Assembly (NCBI GenBank): GCA_035358955.1
Contig: DAORXN010000003.1
Span: forward strand, 104,884 to 168,883
DNA from: Syntrophales bacterium
Lineage (GTDB): Bacteria; Desulfobacterota; Syntrophia; Syntrophales; UBA8958
Length of the DNA stretch: 64,000 bases
Reading direction: 5' to 3'
A model generated the notes under the pieces. That model had not been told where the DNA came from. It ran no database searches and saw only the letters and a program-made list of their open reading frames with translations. The translations under genes and the position numbers were made by a program. Each line of letters starts with the position of its first letter. Position 1 is the stretch's first letter. Positions 7,929 to 16,837 of the stretch are shown one piece after another.

Positions 7929-10900
7929 AGGCATTAGAGCCGGCGTTTCTATTCGAGGTAAGCTGGGAGGTTTGCAACAAGATCGGAGGCATCTATACCG
8001 TCATCACCACCAAACTACGGGAGGTTGAGAAGGTATTCGGGGATCGCTACATCCTTCTGGGGCCCGACCTGAAGATGAACATCGACTTTGAGGAGACGGA
8101 CGAGCCAGGTTGGCAGAAGATAAGAGAGGGGACGGCCATTAAGGGCCTGTCCTGTCGCTTTGGCCGCTGGCGTATCCCCGGCGAACCTAAGGTGATTCTC
8201 GTTTCGGCCAGTAAGAGGTATAGCTCGGATCAGCTACTCTACCACCTGTGGGAAACCTTCGGGGTGGATTCTATTGCGGGGGGAATGGATTACGTCGAGG
8301 CCGTTTTGTTCAGTTACGCCTGCGGGGAAGTCATAGAAACCTATTACAATCTTCACCTGAGAGATGAGAACATTCCCGTCATTGCCCATTTTCACGAGTG
8401 GATGGCCGGGGCCGGGCTCCTCTACCTTAAAGAGCACCTCCCCGAGGTGGGAACGGTCTTTACCACCCATGCTACCATCTTGGGGCGCGCCCTTTCCGGG
8501 GCCGGTATCGATATTTATGCCCAGATGGACAGTATCGCCCCCCAGAAGGAAGCCAGCATTCACAACGTGTCCGCCAAATATTCTCTGGAGATGACAGCGG
8601 CCCGTGAGGCCGACTGCTTCACCACGGTCAGTGCCATCACTGCCGTCGAAGTGAAAAATTTCCTCGGTTGCGAGCCGGACGTTATTACCCCCAATGGACT
8701 GGATATGGAAAACATTCCCGATTTGGTGACGAATCGGGAACTTGCCCTGGAGGCAAAGTCCAGGATTCTCGAGGCCGCCAACCGCTTTCTCCGGAGAGAA
8801 TTGCCTTCCGACACGAGAATAATTGCCATCTCGGGACGTTACGAATATCGGAACAAGGGGCTCGATATTTTCCTCGAGGCGCTGGGACAGCTGGAGAATT
8901 CTGCCTATGTAGGGCCACCTCTCATGGCCCTGGTGCTTGTTGTAGGGGGTTATAAGGACCTAATCCCGAGTTTGAGAAGCGATCAGGCCAAGGCAGAGAC
9001 GCAAGCCATCCCCATTGCTACCCATCGCCTGGAGAACGAGTCGTTTGATCCCATTCTCCAGGCCTGTAACCGGTTGGGTCTTACCAATCAGGCCCAAAAT
9101 AAGGTCAACGTAATTTTCAACCCCGCTTACCTAAACGGCCATGATGGCCTTTTCAACATGAACTATTATGAAGTATTGGCCGGATGTGATTTAGGGGTCT
9201 TTCCTTCTTACTATGAGCCGTGGGGTTATACGCCCCTTGAAGCGGCGGCCCATGCAGTACCCACGGTAACCACCGATCAGGCGGGATTTGGTCTTTGGGT
9301 GGAGGCAAATATCGGGGAGGCATCGGGCATCATTCTGCTTCGCCGCCGCGGCAGACCTCTCGATCAGGTTATTCAGGACATGAAGGCCATTTTCCAGGCC
9401 TTTCTCTCTTGGCCGCCGGAAGCCCTGGAAGAACGGAGGAAAAGTGCCCGTACGGTGGCTATGAAGGCCAATTGGCAAGATTTCATTTCCTTCTACCTGG
9501 AGGCCTTTGCCCGGGCAAGGGTTAAGGCAGAAAAGAGAAAAGAAGCCGTTCCCGAGGCAAAACTGATGGCCGGCGTCCATGTTTTCGCCGGAGTTGCCTC
9601 TGCTCGCCCGCATTTTCGCTCTTTCACGGCGATCGCCAGCTTACCCGAAAATATATCCCGTTTGAGGGAATTGGCCTACAATCTATGGTGGGCCTGGAAT
9701 CCTCGGGCACTGGATCTCTTTGCCAGCCTCGATTTACGTCTGTGGAATGAGGTGGGTAACAATCCCGTGCGGATGCTCGAAAGCGTCTCTCCAGAGGCTT
9801 TGAAAGAAGCCTCGGAGAATGAGACTTATCTTGCCCTTTATTCTCAGATTTTCCAGCGCTTCGATGAATACATGAAAGGTCCAGGCTTAAAGAAAAAGTA
9901 CCCCTACGCAGAAGAGATAAAGTCCTCCTCGCCGATTGCCTACTTTTCCACCGAATACGGCCTGCATGAATGTCTGCCTATCTACTCTGGAGGACTGGGC
10001 ACTCTTTCCGGTGATCATTTGAAAACGGCCAGTGATATGGGAATCCCCCTGGTAGGGGTGGGGTTGCTATACAAGAACGGGTACTTTCAGCAGCTGATAG
10101 ATCAGAACGGCAAACAGCAGGAGCTTTACCCGGAGAACGATTTCTCCATTATGCCCATTCGGTGTGTGAGGGATGATAAGGGGCAAGAAGTGCAGATTTC
10201 CATCGAGCTTCCTGGACGTGTCCTCTTTGCCAATATATGGGAGGTGAAGGTAGGTAAGGTTTCCCTGTATCTCCTCGATACCGATGTGCCCCGCAATACG
10301 CCACAAGACCGGGCGATAACTGCCCGCCTTTACTTGGCCGACCAGAAGGTGCGCCTGGAGCAGGAGATCCTCCTCGGCATAGGGGGGATAAGACTGTTGA
10401 AAAAGTTGGGGATAAAACCTTGCGCCTATCACATAAACGAGGGGCATTCGGCCTTCTTGCTCCTCGAGCGCATGGGATCTTTAATGGAGGATGAGGGCCT
10501 TAACTTTTCGGAAGCAGCGGAAGTGGTGAGGGCAGATAGCCTGTTTACCACCCATACCCCGGTGGAGGCAGGAAATGAACGTTTCCCCCGTGAGTTGATG
10601 GAACACTACTTTTCTGGTTTTGCCAAACGATTGGGATTGTCCTGGGATCAATTCTGGGAATTGGGGCGGCATGAAGGGGGGGACGAAAAGAATTTCTACC
10701 TCAATATCATGGCCCTGAAATTGACGTACCGGAAAAACGCGGTAAGTAAGGTCCACGGGGAACTCTCCCGCCGCATGTGGCGAAATGTGTGGAAGGGATT
10801 CGACGAAACGGACATTCCCATCATGCACATAACAAACGGGGCCCATTTTCTCTCCTATCTCGCCCTCCGCATGAAGGCCATTTATGATGCCTACTTAGGG

Positions 10901-12178
10901 ATTGAGTGGGAAAAAAATCTCTTAGATCCGGAGCGATGGGCCAAGGTGCAGGACATTCCCGATACGGTTCTCTGGCGGGTCCACGGCGAGCTCAAGCAAA
11001 AACTTCTGGACCTCATCCGGGAACGGATTACCCGGAATTGGCCCCTCTACAGGAGTGAGCAAATCAGGAGAGAACAGGTCTTTGGCTACCTGAACAGTGG
11101 GGCCATGCTCATAGGTTTCTCTCGCCGGTTTGCGCCTTATAAACGTGCCTATCTCATCCTGTCCGATCTCGATCGATTGGACCGCTTAGTCAACAATCCT
11201 CAGCGGCCGGTGCAAATCGTATTTGCTGGGAAGGCCCATCCAAACGATAATTTAGGAAAAGAAATCCTCGAAAGGGTTACGACCGTATGTCGGGATGATA
11301 GGTTCGTAGGCCGCATCTTTTTCTTGGACAATTACGACATCCGTATGGCCCGCCATCTCCTTCAAGGAGTGGATGTATGGCTGAATACCCCGAGGAGACC
11401 TTATGAGGCGAGCGGAACGAGCGGAGAAAAGGCCATAATAAACGGGGTTATTCATGCCAGTGTATCGGATGGATGGTGGGTGGAAGGTTACGATGGAACC
11501 AACGGTTGGACCATCGGTCCTGTTCGCCGAGGATACGTAGAAGAAGCGGGAGAGCCCGATGAGGAAGATGCCCATTCGCTGTACGAACTACTCGAAAATA
11601 CCATCGTCCCCCTGTACTATGACCGAGATTTAACGGGGGTGCCCGTCAAGTGGATGGCCATGGTCAAAAGGTCGATCCAGACCCTGGCGCCCGTGTATAA
11701 CACGGAGAGGATGATGCAGGACTACCTGCGCCGGATGTACGAGCCTGCCGCCCGTCGCGGGAGAAAAATTGCGGAAAATGCCTTTGCCCTGGCCAAGGAA
11801 ATAGCCGATTGGAAGTCGAAGATAGCCATGCGCTTTTCGTCTCTGAAACTGGAAGAGGTAGTGGTTAAGGGCATTCAGGGAGATTCTATCTCCGTCGGGG
11901 ATACCCTCGAGGTGACGGTCCGTATTGCACCGGGACGGTTAGGCCCGGAAGAGATATACGTGGAGTTGGTCATCGGCGAACGGGGAGCGAACGGTTTTTG
12001 CGGCATGCCGGAAAGGATACCCCTCAGCCTTACCGAGCAGGGAGAAGGCGGCGTGCTTATTTATAATTTATCTTATGAGGTTAAGTTCAACGGCCAGTAT
12101 CAGTACGGCGTCCGTGTGATGCCCTATCATCCCCATCTCGATTCCATCATCGAATCGGGGCTTGTTCTCTGGGGATAG
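7925..12178 (+). CDS. Fusion protein: GT3 (eukaryote-type) glycogen synthase + GT35 alpha-glucan phosphorylase
   Basis: 1417-aa uninterrupted ORF. The N-terminal half has LFEVSWEVCNKIGGIYTVITTK and an EX7E motif (EPWGYTPLE, 9215-9241). The C-terminal half has NLWWAWNP, GGLGTLSGDHLK and EASGTSGEK, where the Lys codon at 11429-11431 is the PLP-Lys position. The start overlaps the GH57 stop (ATGA). Confidence 0.85.
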   Translation: MKALEPAFLFEVSWEVCNKIGGIYTVITTKLREVEKVFGDRYILLGPDLKMNIDFEETDEPGWQKIREGTAIKGLSCRFGRWRIPGEPKVILVSASKRYSSDQLLYHLWETFGVDSIAGGMDYVEAVLFSYACGEVIETYYNLHLRDENIPVIAHFHEWMAGAGLLYLKEHLPEVGTVFTTHATILGRALSGAGIDIYAQMDSIAPQKEASIHNVSAKYSLEMTAAREADCFTTVSAITAVEVKNFLGCEPDVITPNGLDMENIPDLVTNRELALEAKSRILEAANRFLRRELPSDTRIIAISGRYEYRNKGLDIFLEALGQLENSAYVGPPLMALVLVVGGYKDLIPSLRSDQAKAETQAIPIATHRLENESFDPILQACNRLGLTNQAQNKVNVIFNPAYLNGHDGLFNMNYYEVLAGCDLGVFPSYYEPWGYTPLEAAAHAVPTVTTDQAGFGLWVEANIGEASGIILLRRRGRPLDQVIQDMKAIFQAFLSWPPEALEERRKSARTVAMKANWQDFISFYLEAFARARVKAEKRKEAVPEAKLMAGVHVFAGVASARPHFRSFTAIASLPENISRLRELAYNLWWAWNPRALDLFASLDLRLWNEVGNNPVRMLESVSPEALKEASENETYLALYSQIFQRFDEYMKGPGLKKKYPYAEEIKSSSPIAYFSTEYGLHECLPIYSGGLGTLSGDHLKTASDMGIPLVGVGLLYKNGYFQQLIDQNGKQQELYPENDFSIMPIRCVRDDKGQEVQISIELPGRVLFANIWEVKVGKVSLYLLDTDVPRNTPQDRAITARLYLADQKVRLEQEILLGIGGIRLLKKLGIKPCAYHINEGHSAFLLLERMGSLMEDEGLNFSEAAEVVRADSLFTTHTPVEAGNERFPRELMEHYFSGFAKRLGLSWDQFWELGRHEGGDEKNFYLNIMALKLTYRKNAVSKVHGELSRRMWRNVWKGFDETDIPIMHITNGAHFLSYLALRMKAIYDAYLGIEWEKNLLDPERWAKVQDIPDTVLWRVHGELKQKLLDLIRERITRNWPLYRSEQIRREQVFGYLNSGAMLIGFSRRFAPYKRAYLILSDLDRLDRLVNNPQRPVQIVFAGKAHPNDNLGKEILERVTTVCRDDRFVGRIFFLDNYDIRMARHLLQGVDVWLNTPRRPYEASGTSGEKAIINGVIHASVSDGWWVEGYDGTNGWTIGPVRRGYVEEAGEPDEEDAHSLYELLENTIVPLYYDRDLTGVPVKWMAMVKRSIQTLAPVYNTERMMQDYLRRMYEPAARRGRKIAENAFALAKEIADWKSKIAMRFSSLKLEEVVVKGIQGDSISVGDTLEVTVRIAPGRLGPEEIYVELVIGERGANGFCGMPERIPLSLTEQGEGGVLIYNLSYEVKFNGQYQYGVRVMPYHPHLDSIIESGLVLWG

Positions 12179-12258
12179 GGTCTAGAGGCAAGCTCTCCGG
12201 AGCGAAGGTTTTCCTAAGGCGGTTTACGTTCTTCCTTCGCTCTCGCCGGCCAGAGGGG

Positions 12259-12483
12259 TCATCTCCTTCCGATGAGCCATAATATAAAGGTGAGGAGCAA
12301 GCTGATGACTATGCAGGTCGTGAGGGGGAAGTAAAAGTGGACCCGCTTACCTTCATAGGAAATATCCCCCGGCAACCGGCCGAACCAGGGTATTTTATCC
12401 ATAAAGATCAAGGCCAGACCCATCAGGGCCAAAATTACGCCCGCTGCAATTAAGAGCTTTCCCAAGGTAGGGAATGGTTGCAT
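12259..12483 (-). CDS. DUF2905-like small membrane protein
   Basis: 74-aa ORF with two TM helices and the pattern FGRLPGDI...FYFPLTTCI. There is no gap to the upstream radical-SAM gene. Confidence 0.7.
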   Translation of the reverse strand: MQPFPTLGKLLIAAGVILALMGLALIFMDKIPWFGRLPGDISYEGKRVHFYFPLTTCIVISLLLTFILWLIGRR

Positions 12484-13416
12484 CTACTTACCCTCCTTAT
12501 CGTCATACCAGGCAAAGGGTTTTTCCCGTCCGAAATCCGGCATCAAGTGCCTGGCATCGACTTCCTGAATATAAATATTTTCAAACCCCATGTCCAGGGC
12601 GTAGTTTACCACCGTCTCGTACTCCTCCTGGGAGAGACGCCGCCCCAGTTGGGGATGGTAAGAGAGGGGAGGGATAGGGGTGTACTGAGACATGATACTC
12701 AAGGTCAGGTGGCGAGACACCTCTTCGGCCAGGATCCGGATGGCCTTTAAGCTATTTTCCACCCGGCCGGGCAGAACGAGATGGCGCACGAGCAGGCCGC
12801 GCTTGGCGATTCCATCTTCGATTAAAAGTCCATCCCCTACCTGTCTTATCATCTCTTGGAGGGAGGCCGTGGCGATCCTCACGTAATCCCCTGCTCGGGA
12901 GAGCTCAGAGGCCACCTGTTCGTCCCCGAATTTAAAATCCGGTAGATAGATGTCGATCCATCCGGCAAGTAGTCGGATTACCTCTGGCTCTTCGTAAGAG
13001 CTTGTGTTGTAGACGATGGGCACGTTGAGCCCCTTTGACCGTGCTTCGAAAATCGCGTCGAGGATGAAGGGGGCATGGGGGGTAGGGGTGACGAGGTTAA
13101 TGTTGTGACAGCCTTCTTTCGCGAGGGAAAGCATAATGTTCGCCAATTCTTCTGGGGTCGTTTTCTTACCTGTGACGACGTGGCTAATCTGGTAGTTCTG
13201 ACAGAAAGTGCAGCGGAGGTTGCAGGAGGAAAAGAAGATCGTTCCCGAGCCTTGGGTGCCGGAAATGGGTGGCTCCTCTCCAAAATGGGGTAGGGCGCAG
13301 TCCACCACCATGTAATCTGCCAGGTGGCAAAAACCCCCTTTCTTTTCTCTCCGATCCACCCGGCAACGCCGGGGGCAGAGGGTACAGTTGGATAGTCTTT
13401 CGTACAGGGCGTTCAT
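12484..13416 (-). CDS. Radical SAM protein, PflX/PFL-activase-like
   Basis: 310-aa ORF with an N-terminal Cys cluster (CTLCPRRC) and a radical-SAM CxxxCxxC motif (CNLRCTFC). Confidence 0.8.
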   Translation of the reverse strand: MNALYERLSNCTLCPRRCRVDRREKKGGFCHLADYMVVDCALPHFGEEPPISGTQGSGTIFFSSCNLRCTFCQNYQISHVVTGKKTTPEELANIMLSLAKEGCHNINLVTPTPHAPFILDAIFEARSKGLNVPIVYNTSSYEEPEVIRLLAGWIDIYLPDFKFGDEQVASELSRAGDYVRIATASLQEMIRQVGDGLLIEDGIAKRGLLVRHLVLPGRVENSLKAIRILAEEVSRHLTLSIMSQYTPIPPLSYHPQLGRRLSQEEYETVVNYALDMGFENIYIQEVDARHLMPDFGREKPFAWYDDKEGK

Positions 13417-14555
13417 TTAAGGGGAATAGGCTCCACAACACTTTTTATTTTCCCACTCTCTACAAGCTCCATAAACACCTCGCCTAAGTGGGATGAGCAC
13501 CTGACCGCTTCCCGCCAGTTTCTCATCCTCCTTTCGGGGTCGGAAAGGTAATGGATAAAATCATCCCTCTCCGGGACCTTTCCTTCCGGCAGTCGGGCAA
13601 TAAATTCTGCCGAAGGCACGACCAAGATGGTTTTTTTCACCCTTTTCGGATCTGGCCGTCGGTCGAGTTTCTTGTCGAGCCAGCGTGGGATGATTGCTGC
13701 TTGATGCAAAAAACAGAGGGTTAACCCCACCTCTGCCTCCGGAGGGAAAGCGGAATTAAGCTGGTAATCCGTAAGGCCCCCGTCTCGATACGTACCCGGA
13801 GGGGCCCCCCAAATGTTTCTTACCCCTGCCACAACCAAAGGAATCGCCCCGGAAGCCAAGAGGGCCGGTTTAAAATTCGCCGGGGAAAGGGGTACCACGT
13901 ACCCCGACTCGCAGGGGGGAGGGTGTGGGCCGGAGAAGAAGATAACCCGGTCCACAAAGGCAAAGATGGCGGAAGGAGAAACCATATTCAGTAAGTAACA
14001 GAGGCCGAAACCAGTGCCTTGGATGATTTTCGAAGCAAAGGAGGTGAGGTGCTTGGCTTTCGCCGTGATGATGGCCAGGCGATAACGGGGATGTTTGAGG
14101 GCCAAGTAAATGGCGTCGTCTCTGATGGCCTGGTCGATGACGTGCTCAAGAGATTTCTTTATGGTTTGGGGGGTGTCCTTATCCGTGTAAGTGGCTGAGA
14201 TGTACGCCTCCATGAGGGCTCGGTAACTATTTTCGGCCTCTGGCATGGTCCAGGTAGAAAGCCGCCAGGCGCCGGCAGAAGCCCCGATGAGCAAAACCGG
14301 CCTTCTTTTCCCCAACACTTCGTACCTCAGCAAGGTAAGGTCAAATCCGGACGCGATAAGCCAGCGGGGACCGACGGCGGCGCCGAAATATACGCCGATA
14401 TCATCGAAGTTAAGGCCCCCGTCTTTGATGATTTCGTAAGCTTGAGGGCCGGCCAGAACCCTTAAATCTTTGATGAATTGGCTTGACATGCGCCTTTTTC
14501 GCCTGGTAGAAGGTAAGTTGCATGGTTTCATAGGCAGGATATCGTTTTTTGTCAA
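13413..14555 (-). CDS. Patatin-like phospholipase family protein
   Basis: 380-aa ORF with a GxSxG nucleophile elbow (GASAG) and a DGG catalytic-Asp motif (YRDGGLTDY). The oxyanion-hole Gly-rich motif is degenerate (GAAVGPR). The start could instead be at an internal Met. Confidence 0.65.
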   Translation of the reverse strand: MTKNDILPMKPCNLPSTRRKRRMSSQFIKDLRVLAGPQAYEIIKDGGLNFDDIGVYFGAAVGPRWLIASGFDLTLLRYEVLGKRRPVLLIGASAGAWRLSTWTMPEAENSYRALMEAYISATYTDKDTPQTIKKSLEHVIDQAIRDDAIYLALKHPRYRLAIITAKAKHLTSFASKIIQGTGFGLCYLLNMVSPSAIFAFVDRVIFFSGPHPPPCESGYVVPLSPANFKPALLASGAIPLVVAGVRNIWGAPPGTYRDGGLTDYQLNSAFPPEAEVGLTLCFLHQAAIIPRWLDKKLDRRPDPKRVKKTILVVPSAEFIARLPEGKVPERDDFIHYLSDPERRMRNWREAVRCSSHLGEVFMELVESGKIKSVVEPIPLK

Positions 14556-14586
14556 TCACCTTCCGGGAAAGAGAAAGGAGTAAAAA

Positions 14587-15843
14587 ATGGCCTTGAGAGA
14601 TGAAATGGTTAACCTAGCCAAGAAAGCCAAGGAGGCCGCTCGAGAAATGGCGGTGCTTTCTTCGCGGGTCAAGGACATGGCGTTGATGGAGATGGCGGAG
14701 GCCTTAACCGGTCAAATCGCATACCTGGTTATAGAAAATGAAAAGGATGTGAAGAGGGCAAAAGAGATGGGGCTCTCCGCCGCCATGATCGACCGCCTTA
14801 CCCTCACGCCGGCCCGCATTCATGACATGGCAAGGGGCATAAGAGAGGTAGCCGCCCTTCCCGATCCGGTAGGGCGGATCACCTCCATGTGGCGCAGGCC
14901 AAACGGGCTTTTGGTGGGTCGCATGAGAATCCCTCTGGGAGTGATAGGCATCATTTATGAGTCCCGGCCGAATGTAACCTCCGATGCTGCCGCCCTTTGT
15001 TTGAAGGCAGGAAATGCCGTTATACTCCGCGGTGGCTCCGAGGCCATTAATTCCAACGTGGCCATTGCCCAGGTGTTAAGGCAGGTAGTGGCAAAACATG
15101 GCATTCCAGAAGGGGCAATTCAAATGGTCTCTGTAACGGATAGGGCAGCTGTCTACGAGCTGCTGCAGCTCGACGAGTATATTGACCTCATCATTCCCCG
15201 GGGGGGAGAGGAGTTGATCCGTGCCGTCGTTAAGGAGTCGAGGATCCCCGTGATTAAGCACTATAAAGGGGTGTGTCACGTATTTGTGGATGAAGATGCA
15301 GATCTGGAGATGGCCCTCCAGATCTGCTTAAATGCCAAGGTTCAGCGCCCCGGTGTCTGCAATGCCATGGAAACGCTCCTCATCCATGAAAAGGTGGCCC
15401 CTGTCTTTCTCCCGCAGGTGGCGCGGGCCCTGGAAGAGGTGGGGGTGAAGCTCAGGGGTTGCCCGGAGACGAGAAAGATCCTTCCTCATATCGAAGCGGC
15501 GACGGAAGAAGATTGGTATGCCGAGTACTTGGACCTCATCTTGGCGATAAGGGTGGTGCCTAACCTAACGGAAGCGATGGACCATATTGCCCGCTACGGC
15601 TCTAATCACACGGAGGCCATCGTCACCCGAGATTATAGTCGGGCGCAAGAATTTTTGAATAAAGTCCAGTCATCGACCGTCCTCGTGAATGCCTCTACCA
15701 GATTCAGCGATGGCTTCGAGTTGGGATTGGGCGCAGAAATCGGCATCAGCACGACGAAACTCCACGCTTACGGCCCCATGGGGGTGGAGGAATTGACGAC
15801 GACCAAATTCATCGTTTACGGTGAAGGACAGATTAGAACATGA
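14587..15843 (+). CDS. proA: Gamma-glutamyl phosphate reductase
   Basis: 418-aa ORF with an aldehyde dehydrogenase fold and a ProA pattern that includes the catalytic Cys context [10 protein letters not shown]. Confidence 0.9.
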   Translation: MALRDEMVNLAKKAKEAAREMAVLSSRVKDMALMEMAEALTGQIAYLVIENEKDVKRAKEMGLSAAMIDRLTLTPARIHDMARGIREVAALPDPVGRITSMWRRPNGLLVGRMRIPLGVIGIIYESRPNVTSDAAALCLKAGNAVILRGGSEAINSNVAIAQVLRQVVAKHGIPEGAIQMVSVTDRAAVYELLQLDEYIDLIIPRGGEELIRAVVKESRIPVIKHYKGVCHVFVDEDADLEMALQICLNAKVQRPGVCNAMETLLIHEKVAPVFLPQVARALEEVGVKLRGCPETRKILPHIEAATEEDWYAEYLDLILAIRVVPNLTEAMDHIARYGSNHTEAIVTRDYSRAQEFLNKVQSSTVLVNASTRFSDGFELGLGAEIGISTTKLHAYGPMGVEELTTTKFIVYGEGQIRT

Positions 15844-16499
15844 GATGGGGCCTTTTTGGGGGGTGTTTCGATCCCATTCACTACGGACACCTGCGCAGCG
15901 CAGAAGAGGTGAGAGAAAAGCTGGGCCTCGAGAAGGTGGTTTTCATACCGACCCGTGTCCCCCCACATAAAGATCCGGCCGGACTAAGTGCTTTCCCTCA
16001 TCGTTATGAGATGGTAAGGCGGGCCATTGGCAACCACCCTTTCTTTGAGGTTTCCGATGAAGAGGGAAAAAGGGATGGCGTTTCTTACACCGTGGATACC
16101 GTTGATTCCTGGCGAAGACAGTGGGGGGAAGAAAAAGGCCTTTTCTTTATCACCGGTCAGGATGCCTTCGATGCCATTCGAACCTGGAAAGAGTGGGAGA
16201 GGCTCATCCGGATATGTAACTTCGCGGTTATGACCAGGCCGGGTTCTTTGAGGGGGGATCTTGCTTGCGTTTTAACGCCGGAGGTGGCAGCTTACTTCCA
16301 GTACAGCGAAAAGGATGATTGTTACCGGGGGCCGGCCGGCTATGGCATTTATTTCGTTTCCGTGACGTTTCTCGACATCAAAGCCCGCAGCATCCGTAAG
16401 ATGATAAGGCAGGGGCGTTCCGTTACTTTTCTAACGCCCGATCCTGTAATCAGGTACATCAAGGAAAACAAACTCTACATGGAGGGAGAGGGGGCATGA
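15840..16499 (+). CDS. nadD: Nicotinate-nucleotide adenylyltransferase
   Basis: 219-aa ORF with a [11 protein letters not shown] nucleotidyltransferase motif. It overlaps the proA stop by 4 nt. Confidence 0.9.
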   Translation: MRWGLFGGCFDPIHYGHLRSAEEVREKLGLEKVVFIPTRVPPHKDPAGLSAFPHRYEMVRRAIGNHPFFEVSDEEGKRDGVSYTVDTVDSWRRQWGEEKGLFFITGQDAFDAIRTWKEWERLIRICNFAVMTRPGSLRGDLACVLTPEVAAYFQYSEKDDCYRGPAGYGIYFVSVTFLDIKARSIRKMIRQGRSVTFLTPDPVIRYIKENKLYMEGEGA

Positions 16500-16837
16500 G
16501 GGGAACAATAGCATTGATGGTGGCGGCACTTTTGAGCCTTCCTTGCCCATCGGCGGCCCTTAGGTGCGGGAAGGGCCTTGTTGTGGTGGGTGATATAAAG
16601 GCGAAGGTGCTCGCGGAATGCGGGGAGCCGCAATATCGGGAAAAAGTGAGGTTGAAAGAAGACCCCTACCTGGAAAGAAAAGGTGGGAGGAAAAAATCGG
16701 GGCGTCACGTGGAACAGTGGACCTACAATTGCGGTGAAGACGATTTTATGTACGTCCTTACCTTCGACGGTGGAAAACTGATTAAGGAGGAACCCGTCGG
16801 CCGCGGTAAGGGTGCCTCGAAGTGCCGGGGCAATTAA
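16496..16837 (+). CDS. DUF2845-like small secreted protein
   Basis: 113-aa ORF with a signal peptide and a conserved Cys/Trp pattern (CGEP...WTYNCG). Confidence 0.6.
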   Translation: MRGTIALMVAALLSLPCPSAALRCGKGLVVVGDIKAKVLAECGEPQYREKVRLKEDPYLERKGGRKKSGRHVEQWTYNCGEDDFMYVLTFDGGKLIKEEPVGRGKGASKCRGN

